Below are positions 1 through 9,400 of a DNA stretch of 27,314 bases, piece by piece (within the stretch, counting starts at the first letter, position 1; every line of letters begins with the position of its first letter). The notes under the pieces are model-generated. The model did no database searches and had not been told where the DNA came from. It saw only the letters and a program-made list of their open reading frames with translations. The stretch is taken from the IMG/VR virus record IMGVR_UViG_3300024255_000127, positions 1 to 27,314 of that record, one strand, 5' to 3'. Source of the DNA: a virus. Lineage: Duplodnaviria; Caudoviricetes. Position numbers and translations under genes: made by a program.

Positions 1-45
1 GGAGATCCGGTATATACTGGTAACAACGGCACAACAGCAATATAG
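1..45 (+). CDS. Possible 3' end of an upstream gene (partial, ...GDPVYTGNNGTTAI*)
   Basis: Frame 1 is open from base 1 to TAG at 43-45. That TAG overlaps the AGGA Shine-Dalgarno of the next gene, the same arrangement as at 24190-24194. Too short to identify. Confidence 0.4.
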   Translation, partial: GDPVYTGNNGTTAI

Positions 46-52
46 GAAACCT

Positions 53-2446
53 ATGGCACAAAGTAAAAGATCTAACCTTAAAAAATTAGAAAATATCGGC
101 TCAGGACCGTATGAAGCCATAGTGGTTAGTAATCTTGACACTACTTATATGGGGTCATTAAAAGTTGATGTTTTAAAATCTAACACAGCAGGTAGTGTAC
201 CAGAACGTTTAGGTACTACAATCGAAGTTAGATATTTGTCACCATTTTACGGTGTTACAAATATGAGTCATGTCACAGCAAATGACGGTTATGCAAGTTC
301 ACAAAAAAGTTATGGTATGTGGTTTGTACCACCAGATGTTGGCGCAAGGGTAATGGTTATTTTTGCAGAAGGTGATGTATCACAAGGATTTTGGATAGGT
401 TGCGTTCAAGACAAATTTATGAACTTTATGATTCCTGATGGTAGAGCATCTACAGAGCTTACAACACCAGGAACTCCAGACAATATACAAGGGTTGAAAT
501 TACCTGTTGCAGAATACAATAAAAGAGTTGAAAGCGGAACTGGCAGAGATCAAACTAGATATGCAAAACCTTACAACAAAGATTTTACGCAAACACTAGA
601 AATACAAGGATTAATTAGAGACGAAAATAGAGGTACAACTACTTCAAGTGCTAGGCGTGAAGTTCCTAGTTCTGTATTTGGTATTAGCACACCCGGACCA
701 ATAGACAAACGTCCAGGCGCACCAAAAGGATTAGTTGGCGAGTCAGGATTAAAACATTCAAAATTTGTTAACAGGCTAGGCGGTTCAAGCATAGTAATGG
801 ATGACGGTGATGATAAACTATTAAGAGTGTCGCATGCCTCAGCAGGACCTCCTACATATGCAAATGTAGAAGCAGAAGAACTTTATGGCATTCCAACTAT
901 TCCGCACAACGAATTAACAAGGATACGAACACGTACAGGGCATCAAATATTGATGCACAATTCGGAAGATTTTGTTTACATTGCTAACAGTAGAGGAACA
1001 GCATGGGTCGAACTTACTAGTGATGGTAAAATTGATGTCTACGGAACCGACAGTATTTCAATTCACAGTGATGCAGACATAAACTTAACAGCAGATAGAG
1101 ATGTTAACATTGAAGGCGGCAGAAATGTTAATGTTAGAGCAAGTGCTAGATTTGATGGCTTTACTGGCAACGGCACAGGCAACGTTTCTATTGAAAGTGC
1201 AACTGACACTAAAATGTTAGCAGAAGCAAACTTTTTAACAAATGTTAAAGGATACCAAGAAACTAAAGTTACAGGATACCAAAAAACTTTAGTTGAAGGC
1301 GACATACATCATCATACAAATGCTAACATATATGTGTTAGCAGACCTACAAGGACATATTCGCACAGCAGAAGATATGTTTATTAATACTGATACTACCC
1401 TTAATATTGTAGGTAAAGAAAATTATTTCACAGCAACAGAAGGAGCAATTAATATTAAGGCCACCGCCGGCAACGTTGAAATTGACGGCGACACTGATAT
1501 TAATTTAAACAGCGGTGCATCAACAGCAGGTACAATAGCTACAGATTCTGAAGACGCTGTAGACTTTACATATTTGCCAAAATGGTCAGTACCAAAAACA
1601 TCACCAGGTACGGATATAACTTCCGATGTGTCTACTTTTGTAAAAAGAATGCCAAGTCACGAACCGTATGCCCACCACGAAAATTTAGATCCTATTATGT
1701 ACAAGTCTACTAGGACAGATATTACAGATCCAACTAGTTTAACAGATGGAGCATTACAAAATAGTCCAGACACATTTAGAAAAAGTTTTGCTGGCGGAAC
1801 AGCACAAGAGTCAGCAAGTGGTTCAGGTCCAGTACCTGGTACAAGTGGAGTAGAGTCAGTAACATCAGACGGTGGTAGTAAAACACCACAGCAACGTTTT
1901 ACAACAGTTGGCCCAGACGGAAATATATTAGATATTATTGGCGAAGCTGAAGGCGCAGGCTACAACACTGTATTTGGCGGAAGCAGAATACGACCTGAAC
2001 AATATTTTGGTAAGTCGTTAACAAGACTTACAATCGATGAAGTAATTGAATGGCAAACTGAGTCAGTAAGCCAGGGTTCACCAAGCTCAGCTGCAGGCAA
2101 GTATCAGATTATTAAGAAGACACTTATAGACTTAGTAGACAATAAAGGTGCAGCGGCAAGAACAGATAAATTTAATCAAGTAACACAAGACAAATTATGT
2201 AGGAAACTTTTACAAGGTAGGGGAATAGACGATTACCTAGCAGGCTCCAAATCAGAGCAAGCATTTTGTAGATCATTGGCACAAGAATGGGCTAGTTTGC
2301 CAGTTACATATAGACAGCCGGGCGCAAAACGAACAGTTAATCCTGGGGAAAGTTATTACTCCGGCGATGGCCTAAACAAGTCAAGAATTGCACCAGCGGA
2401 CTTTATTGCTTCTGTTAGAAACATTAAAGAAACTGGTTATACATAG
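53..2446 (+). CDS. gp5: Baseplate central hub/spike, T4 gp5 / VgrG-like, with C-terminal lysozyme-like (lambda R-type lytic transglycosylase) domain
   Basis: N-terminal Gp5 OB-fold-like motifs (GPYEAIVVSNLD..GSLKV; YGMWFVPPDVGARVMVIF..G...FWIG). Roughly 8-residue beta-helix periodicity (VKGYQETK/VTGYQKTL/VEGDIHHH) ending in INLNSG. C-terminal domain with LDIIGEAEG, SSAAGKYQII, QDKL and EWASLP motifs. AGGA RBS at 44-47. Lies directly before a gp25-like gene. Confidence 0.85.
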   Translation: MAQSKRSNLKKLENIGSGPYEAIVVSNLDTTYMGSLKVDVLKSNTAGSVPERLGTTIEVRYLSPFYGVTNMSHVTANDGYASSQKSYGMWFVPPDVGARVMVIFAEGDVSQGFWIGCVQDKFMNFMIPDGRASTELTTPGTPDNIQGLKLPVAEYNKRVESGTGRDQTRYAKPYNKDFTQTLEIQGLIRDENRGTTTSSARREVPSSVFGISTPGPIDKRPGAPKGLVGESGLKHSKFVNRLGGSSIVMDDGDDKLLRVSHASAGPPTYANVEAEELYGIPTIPHNELTRIRTRTGHQILMHNSEDFVYIANSRGTAWVELTSDGKIDVYGTDSISIHSDADINLTADRDVNIEGGRNVNVRASARFDGFTGNGTGNVSIESATDTKMLAEANFLTNVKGYQETKVTGYQKTLVEGDIHHHTNANIYVLADLQGHIRTAEDMFINTDTTLNIVGKENYFTATEGAINIKATAGNVEIDGDTDINLNSGASTAGTIATDSEDAVDFTYLPKWSVPKTSPGTDITSDVSTFVKRMPSHEPYAHHENLDPIMYKSTRTDITDPTSLTDGALQNSPDTFRKSFAGGTAQESASGSGPVPGTSGVESVTSDGGSKTPQQRFTTVGPDGNILDIIGEAEGAGYNTVFGGSRIRPEQYFGKSLTRLTIDEVIEWQTESVSQGSPSSAAGKYQIIKKTLIDLVDNKGAAARTDKFNQVTQDKLCRKLLQGRGIDDYLAGSKSEQAFCRSLAQEWASLPVTYRQPGAKRTVNPGESYYSGDGLNKSRIAPADFIASVRNIKETGYT
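1244..1291 (+). repeat. 24-bp in-frame tandem repeat (2 copies) encoding two beta-helix octapeptides
   Basis: GTTAAAGGATACCAAGAAACTAAA followed by GTTACAGGATACCAAAAAACTTTA, 20/24 identical. Confidence 0.75.
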
Positions 2447-2448
2447 AG

Positions 2449-2456
2449 GGTAAATA
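2449..2456 (+). promoter_or_regulatory. Possible T4-type late promoter variant (GGTAAATA)
   Basis: TAAATA core in the 16-nt gap between gp5 and gp25, ending 6 nt before the ATG at 2463. Two mismatches to TATAAATA. Confidence 0.45.
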
Positions 2457-2462
2457 TACATA

Positions 2463-2909
2463 ATGAGTACTTTAGAAAAAAACATATACAAAAGGGTTAG
2501 TGTAGGCAGTGCTAAACAACCTAGTAAGCCTGCTTCTAGTGCGGCTTATAGATCTATAAGCACAGTTAATCCTGCAAATGAAGGGTATAGACTATATGAT
2601 CTTGCTGTTATTAAGCAAGACATTATTAACCATTTTCATATTAGACAGGGCGAAAAACTTGAAAACCCTGAATTTGGCACAATTATTTGGGACGTATTAT
2701 TTGACCCATTAACAGATCAACTTAAAAGTGCTATAATAGAAAATGTAGAAGCTATTATTAATTACGATCCTCGTGTTGTTGTTGATAATGTTATTGTTGA
2801 TACTTACGAAAGCGGTATACAAATCGAATGTACTCTAATATACTTAAACTACAGCATTGCCGAAGCCATGACATTGCAATTTGATAGAGACGCAGGCTTA
2901 CTTGCTTAA
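2463..2909 (+). CDS. gp25: Baseplate wedge subunit, gp25-like (GPW/gp25 family, sheath initiator)
   Basis: 148 aa with IKQDIINHFHIRQGEKLENPEFGTIIWDVLFDP and IINYDPRV, typical gp25/gpW family motifs. Lies between gp5-like and gp6-like genes. Confidence 0.9.
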   Translation: MSTLEKNIYKRVSVGSAKQPSKPASSAAYRSISTVNPANEGYRLYDLAVIKQDIINHFHIRQGEKLENPEFGTIIWDVLFDPLTDQLKSAIIENVEAIINYDPRVVVDNVIVDTYESGIQIECTLIYLNYSIAEAMTLQFDRDAGLLA

Positions 2910-2936
2910 AAATAAAATACGTACATAACTCATATG

Positions 2937-2944
2937 AATAAATA
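2937..2944 (+). promoter_or_regulatory. T4-type late promoter (AATAAATA)
   Basis: NATAAATA in an intergenic gap, followed by a GAGG RBS (2953-2956) and ATG at 2964. Confidence 0.6.
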
Positions 2945-2963
2945 CGTTATAAGAGGAAATTAG

Positions 2964-5900
2964 ATGTCAGCTACGGATAGACAAAATAGATTATTAGTTG
3001 CAGAGGATTGGAAAAAAGTATACCAATCTTTCCGCAACGCAGATTTTCAAAGTTACGACTTTGACAATTTAAGACGAACAATGATAGAATACCTTAGGAC
3101 TAATTATCCTGAGGATTTCAACGATTATATTGAATCAAGTGAATACCTTGCACTAATTGATTTAGTTGCATTTCTTGGACAAAATTTATCCTTTAGGATT
3201 GACCTTAACGCAAGAGAAAATTTCCTCGAACTTGCTGAAAGACGTGAATCTGTACTAAGACTAGCAAGACTACTAAATTACAATCCTCGCAGAAACCAAG
3301 CCGCAAATGGCTTGTTAAAATTTACAGCGGTTAGTACAACAGAAGATTTATTAGATTCAAACGGTACAAATTTATCAGGACAAACAATCCAATGGAATGA
3401 TAGTACAAATGCTAACTGGTATGAACAGTTTATTAAAGTACTTAATACAGCACTACCTGTAAATGGCGTGTTTGGTAAGCCAAACAAAAGTGAAACAGTA
3501 GCAGGTATATCTACAGACCAATACAGACTTAACGGTGTAAACACAGATGTGCCTGTATATGCATTTGATAAACCTGTCGAAGGAAAAACTACTTCTTTTG
3601 AAATTGTATCTACTGATATCCAAGATGGAAGTTTAGTTGAAGAAGCTCCAATTCCAGGAAACAACTTTGCGTTTATGTATAGAAATGACACACAAGGACC
3701 TGGTAGCAGTAACACAGGATTTTTTGCACATTTTCGCCAAGGTAGATTAGAAAGCGGACAATTTAATGTAGCACAACCAACACCGAATTCAACTGTGTCA
3801 ATAGACACACCAAACATAAATGATTCAGACGTATGGTTGTTTGGACTAGATGGTAATAACAATGAATCTGATATATGGACAAAACTTGATGCTGTAGAAG
3901 GCAACAATGTAATTTACAACAGCATTAATAAAAAGATAAGAAACATTTATAGTGTTTTAACAAGAGTTGACGACAGAATTAATTTAGTTTTCTCTGATGG
4001 TGTATTTGGTAATTTACCAAAAGGCAACTTCAAAGCATATTATAGAACAAGCGAAAATAGAAACATGGTTATTACACCAAGTGCTATAAACAACGTTGCT
4101 ATTAATTTACGTTACCTAAGTAAAAAAGGTAGAGTACAAACGCTTACTATTACAATGGGCTTACAAACAACTGTAGCAAATAGTTCAAGAAGCGAAAGCA
4201 ATCAAAGTATTAAACAGAATGCTCCAGCAACATATTATACTCAAAACAGAATGGTTACAGGCGAAGATTATAATGTTGCACCTTTAGGCATTAGCCAAGA
4301 AATTGTAAAAGTAAAAAGTGTAAACAGAACGTCAAGTGGTATTTCAAGATATTTTGATCTAATTGACTCAACTGGAAAATATAGTAATACAAATTTATAT
4401 GGTAACGATGGTGTTCTATATAAAGAGTATATAACAAATAAATCTAGTTTTAATTTTACTACACAAACAGATATTGAAGGCATCATTATAAACAATATTG
4501 AGCCTATACTAGCAGACCAAAAAGTTAAACATTATTATCTAGATAAGTTTCCAAAAATCAATACATTTGATTTAAATGTATTTTGGAATGTTGTAAGCGA
4601 AGATACAAATACATTTACAGGTAATTTTCAATCAACAGACGGAACTGGATACAATGTTGGTACATTTACAACAAACAGTTTAAAATATATTGAAGCAGGT
4701 ACAGCAGTTAAATTCCAAGCGGCTAACGGCTTCCATTTTATGCAAGACGGTACACTTATGGCCGGCGCAGCAGATCATCCAGGAAGTTCAATATACAAGT
4801 GGACGAAAGTTGTAGCAGTTGCAGGCAATGGCCTAACTGTGGGTTTGTCAGACACACAAGGTGCTATTGCATTAGCAGACAAAATACCAAGCACTTGCAG
4901 ACTTATACAAATTCGCCCTAAACTAGCAAGTAGTCTTATAGATGATGTAAAAGTAGAAATTATCGATCAAACTTTTGCATACAATGACTTTGGTTTACGT
5001 TATGATGATGTTAACAGAGTTTGGAGATTAATTAAAGCAAGTGACCTTGATAAGAAAAGTAACTTTAGCACAGGTTTTGCAGGCAACGTAAGTAATGGAA
5101 ATCTTGACGCAAGTTGGTTGCTATTGTTTGAAACTAACGGCGAGACATATAAAGTAACCTACAGAGGTTTAAGATATGTATTTGAAAGTGATAGAGAAAT
5201 TAAATTCTATTACGACAGTGGTGACAAAATTTATGATTCACAAACAGGTAAAACAATTAAAGACAAATTAAGTATTTTAAGCATTAATACACAGCCTGAT
5301 AGCACATCGCCATTTACAGATAATTTTGATTTTGACATTTTAGAGTCTTATAGAGATAAAGAAGGATATGTAGATACTAAAAAAATAGAAATAACTTTTG
5401 CTGACAAAGATGCAGATGGTATTATTGATGATCCTGAATTATTTTTACATATTGTTGACGAAGATACAGCACCATTAACAAAATTTATTATACACGAAAA
5501 ATATTTTACAGAAGCAGGTGTTGAAGACTTTAGATATATTAATGCTTCTAATATACAAATTTTAGAATCGCAAACAGCAATTCAACCGTTAAGCACATAT
5601 ACAGATGGACAATTATTTTACTTTAGAGATGCAGACGTATTTAAAAAGTTAAATGCAACATCACTTGAATTAGAAACTGACAGTAATTATAAAGCGTTTG
5701 TTGGCAGAGACAAGTTGAAATTTCATTATGTGCATGTTGCAGATACTAACAACAGAATAGATCCAAGTGCAAGCAATATGATTGACACATATATGCTTAC
5801 AAAAACTTATGACAGAAATTACAGACTTTACTTAGATGGGCAACTTTCACAAAAACCGCTACCACCAAGTTCAGATGAATTATTTAGATCTTATGGTGCA

Positions 5901-6440
5901 GAGTTAAACAAGATTAAATCTATTAGTGATGAAGTTGTTTACCATCCTGTAAAGTATAAAGAATTATTTGGTAGTGCTGCAAAGTCAGACCTACAAGCAA
6001 CATTTAAATTAGTAAAAAATCCAGGTGTTGTTTTAAACGATAGCGATATTAAAACAAGATCTATTGAATCAATTAACCAATATTTTGCTTTAGAAAATTG
6101 GGACTTTGGAGATACTTTTTACTTCCAAGAATTAGCAACTTATATTATGAATAGACTTGCTCCTGACTTAGTCAGTGTAGTAATTGTGCCAAACCAAATT
6201 ACACAAGGGTTTGGAAGTTTGTTTGAAATAAGAAGCGAAGTTGATGAGATTTTTATTAATAGTGCAACTGTTGCAAATATTGAAATAATAGATCAAATTA
6301 CAGCAACTAGATTAAACGCATCAGGTAACGTTGTTACTTCAAGCGAAACAGCAAATACTGGTATAACAAGTTCTTCTTCGTTTACTAGTTCAAATAGCTC
6401 AAACAACAGCGGATCAAATAGTGGAGGAAGTTACTACTAA
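2964..6440 (+). CDS. gp6: Baseplate wedge subunit, T4 gp6-like / baseplate J-like (extended, 1158 aa)
   Basis: N-terminal [60 protein letters not shown] and internal [26 protein letters not shown] match gp6/J-family hallmarks. Follows gp25. Ends in a Ser/Asn/Gly-rich tail. Confidence 0.85.
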   Translation: MSATDRQNRLLVAEDWKKVYQSFRNADFQSYDFDNLRRTMIEYLRTNYPEDFNDYIESSEYLALIDLVAFLGQNLSFRIDLNARENFLELAERRESVLRLARLLNYNPRRNQAANGLLKFTAVSTTEDLLDSNGTNLSGQTIQWNDSTNANWYEQFIKVLNTALPVNGVFGKPNKSETVAGISTDQYRLNGVNTDVPVYAFDKPVEGKTTSFEIVSTDIQDGSLVEEAPIPGNNFAFMYRNDTQGPGSSNTGFFAHFRQGRLESGQFNVAQPTPNSTVSIDTPNINDSDVWLFGLDGNNNESDIWTKLDAVEGNNVIYNSINKKIRNIYSVLTRVDDRINLVFSDGVFGNLPKGNFKAYYRTSENRNMVITPSAINNVAINLRYLSKKGRVQTLTITMGLQTTVANSSRSESNQSIKQNAPATYYTQNRMVTGEDYNVAPLGISQEIVKVKSVNRTSSGISRYFDLIDSTGKYSNTNLYGNDGVLYKEYITNKSSFNFTTQTDIEGIIINNIEPILADQKVKHYYLDKFPKINTFDLNVFWNVVSEDTNTFTGNFQSTDGTGYNVGTFTTNSLKYIEAGTAVKFQAANGFHFMQDGTLMAGAADHPGSSIYKWTKVVAVAGNGLTVGLSDTQGAIALADKIPSTCRLIQIRPKLASSLIDDVKVEIIDQTFAYNDFGLRYDDVNRVWRLIKASDLDKKSNFSTGFAGNVSNGNLDASWLLLFETNGETYKVTYRGLRYVFESDREIKFYYDSGDKIYDSQTGKTIKDKLSILSINTQPDSTSPFTDNFDFDILESYRDKEGYVDTKKIEITFADKDADGIIDDPELFLHIVDEDTAPLTKFIIHEKYFTEAGVEDFRYINASNIQILESQTAIQPLSTYTDGQLFYFRDADVFKKLNATSLELETDSNYKAFVGRDKLKFHYVHVADTNNRIDPSASNMIDTYMLTKTYDRNYRLYLDGQLSQKPLPPSSDELFRSYGAELNKIKSISDEVVYHPVKYKELFGSAAKSDLQATFKLVKNPGVVLNDSDIKTRSIESINQYFALENWDFGDTFYFQELATYIMNRLAPDLVSVVIVPNQITQGFGSLFEIRSEVDEIFINSATVANIEIIDQITATRLNASGNVVTSSETANTGITSSSSFTSSNSSNNSGSNSGGSYY

Positions 6441-9400
6441 TGTCTTACGATAACGATCAGACAGACTCACCTTTGCCAGCAGGCGGAGACAGTAATAGAA
6501 AAAGTGTAGATTTACTTCCTAAGTATTTTAGAACACAAGCAAATAAGAAAATACTGTCAAGTACAATAGATCAACTTGTACAACCTGGCACAGCAGAAAA
6601 AGTAAACGGTTACATGGGCCGCAAAAATGCAAAAGCATTTAAGGCAGGTGACACGTATATTGCTGACGTTACACAACAAAGACAAGATAGACAATTAGAA
6701 CCTGCTACTGTATCTGTTGACGATTTAGGAAATGTAAACTTTTTTGCAGATTACGCTGACTATGTTAATCAAGTTAACAACTTTTCAGGCAATAACAAAG
6801 ACCAAAGCAAATTAAACAGTCAAGAATATTATGCATGGAACCCAAATATAGACTGGGACAAGTTTACAAATTTCCGTGAATACTATTGGTTACCGAATGG
6901 TCCACAAACTGTTTCGGTGTTTGGAAAAAGTTTAGAAGAAGTAAGCACATATACAGTTACTACAGAAGATCAGGGTGACAACGTAGTATACAAATTTTCT
7001 CCTCCAGGGTTTGAACCAAATCCTGCGCTTACTTTATATAGAGGACAAACATATACATTTGAAATAGACACACCAGGACATCCGTTTTCGTTCTCAACTG
7101 ATAGACGTTTTGCAGATGCACCGTTTACACTTGAAAAACAAGATGACGGCAGTTATAAAGTTGTATCAGGAAGTGCAGATAATGCATCGAGCCTATATGT
7201 ACAAGGACTTACAGCAACAGATTTAGAAGGCAATGAAATTGATCCTGTAAATGTTGAAAAAGGTAGAATTACTTTTACTGTACCATTTGAAGCACCAGAA
7301 CAATTATATTATACAAGTAGAAGTGATATTAACACAAGTGGCTACATTAAAGTTTTTGATATTATTGAAAACACACAGATTGATGTAAGCGAAATTATAG
7401 GTAAGAAAACCTACACAAGTTCAAACAAAGTACAATTTACTAATGGACTTAAAGTAAAATTTGCTGGTAAAGTAACTCCAGAAATATATGCTAACGATGA
7501 GTGGTATGTTGAAGGTGTTGGCACCAACATTAAATTAGTTAGAGAACAAGATTTAGTTATACCTGCAAGTTATGTAGGTGATAAATTAGTTCCATTTGAT
7601 AGCGAAGGCTTCGACAGATTGCCGTTTGGTAACGCCAGTGCGTTTGCAGGAACAAAAGATTATGTTGTTATTAATAGATCAAGTGTTGACAGGAATGCTT
7701 GGACACGTTACAATAAATGGTTCCATAAAGATGTAATTGAAAAGTCAGCAGAATATAACAACGGAATAGCAAGCATTGATCAAACCGTCAGAGCATCAAG
7801 ACCAATTATTGAATTTAATGCAGGACTAAAACTATTTAATTTTGGTACCAAAGCAAAAGACGATGTAGACTTAATTGATTACAAAACTACCGATGCATTT
7901 AGCACAGTAGAAGGCGGCACTGGATATAGTGTAGACAACACAAATCTTGCAGATGGCATGCGTGTTATCTTTAATGCTGATACTGATAGAAATGTAAGAG
8001 GCAAAATTTACAAAGTTAACTTTATTCTAATTGACAATATTAGACAAATTAGTTTAGTAGAAGACACTGATGCTACAGCACAAGTAAATGAAACAGTATT
8101 AATTAAAGGTGGCGATACATACAAAGGCAGACTGTTTTACTTCGACGGTACTAATTGGAAAGAGTCACAAAGAAAGATTCAAGTAAATCAGCAACCATTG
8201 TTTGATGTTTTTGACGAAAGTGATGACAGTTTTGGTACTTACAATGCAAGTACATTTAATGGTACAGAATTATTTGCATATGCAAAAGGCACAGGTACAA
8301 ATGATGCTGAATTGGGATTTCCATTATCGTATAGAGCTATTGAAAACTTTGGTGATATACAATTTAACTTTCCATTAGTAAGTGATTTGTTTGTTTATGA
8401 AGAAAATAATTCCAACATAACTGTAAAAGTTGAAACCGGTTATGTAAGAAAGTATACTGACCTAACATCATATGTAAGTGAAAATGGTTGGATAAAAGCA
8501 AATAAGCCAAGCTCACAAGCAATACTAAGACAGTACGTAGTAGATACTACAGTAAATGATTTTGCTGTAGATGTATTTGACCGTAGCGGTGACATAAATG
8601 ATTTAGTTGTTAAAGTTTATGTAAACAATAGTTTTAAGAAAGAATCAACACATTACGATATTAATAGAATAAATGGTGTTGCTTATATAACATTCAAAAC
8701 TAATCTAGAAAAAGACGATATTGTTCTATTACGATGCTTTAGTAAAGCAGAAAAAACAGACAACGGTTACTACGAATTAGCATACAACTTAGAACGTAAT
8801 CCTATGAATGAAAACATAGGCGAGTTTACTATTGGTGAAGTTACAGATCATGTAAGCACAATAATCGAAAACACTTTTGATTATGACGGTAATATATTTC
8901 CAGGTGTTAGTAATTTAAGAGATATTGGCAACCTAAGTCAATTTGGTACACGTTTTGTAAAACACACAGGACCTATTGCACTTGCAAGTTATCATCTTAC
9001 AGATAAAAATGCAAATGTTGTAAAAGCGTTAAAGTATGCTAGATTAGAATATGCAAAATACAAAAGATTATTTTTGCAAGTAGCAGACAACTTAGGATAT
9101 GATGGTCCAATTAAAGATCATGTAGATAAAATTATTGAAGAAATAAACAGTCAGAAAACTGACCGAATGCCGTTTTATTTCTCAGACATGATACCACATG
9201 GTGCATCTAAGCGTACATTACATATTGTAAGAGCAAGTGACGGTGTGTTTTATCCGCTTACTAAAACGTTTAGTTTATCAAATCTAACTGAAAGAGGAGT
9301 ATTAGTATATCTTAATGATGTAGCTCTATGTCACGGTACAGATTACACATTTACAGAAGAAGGATTTGTAAAGGTATCAGCAACACTTGCGGTTAATGAC

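Noticed and set aside
6360-6437. Low-complexity TCTTCTTCG / TCAAATAGCTCAAAC stretch as a DNA repeat element
   Set aside because: Explained by the Ser/Asn/Gly-rich coding tail of gp6, with no regular repeat unit.
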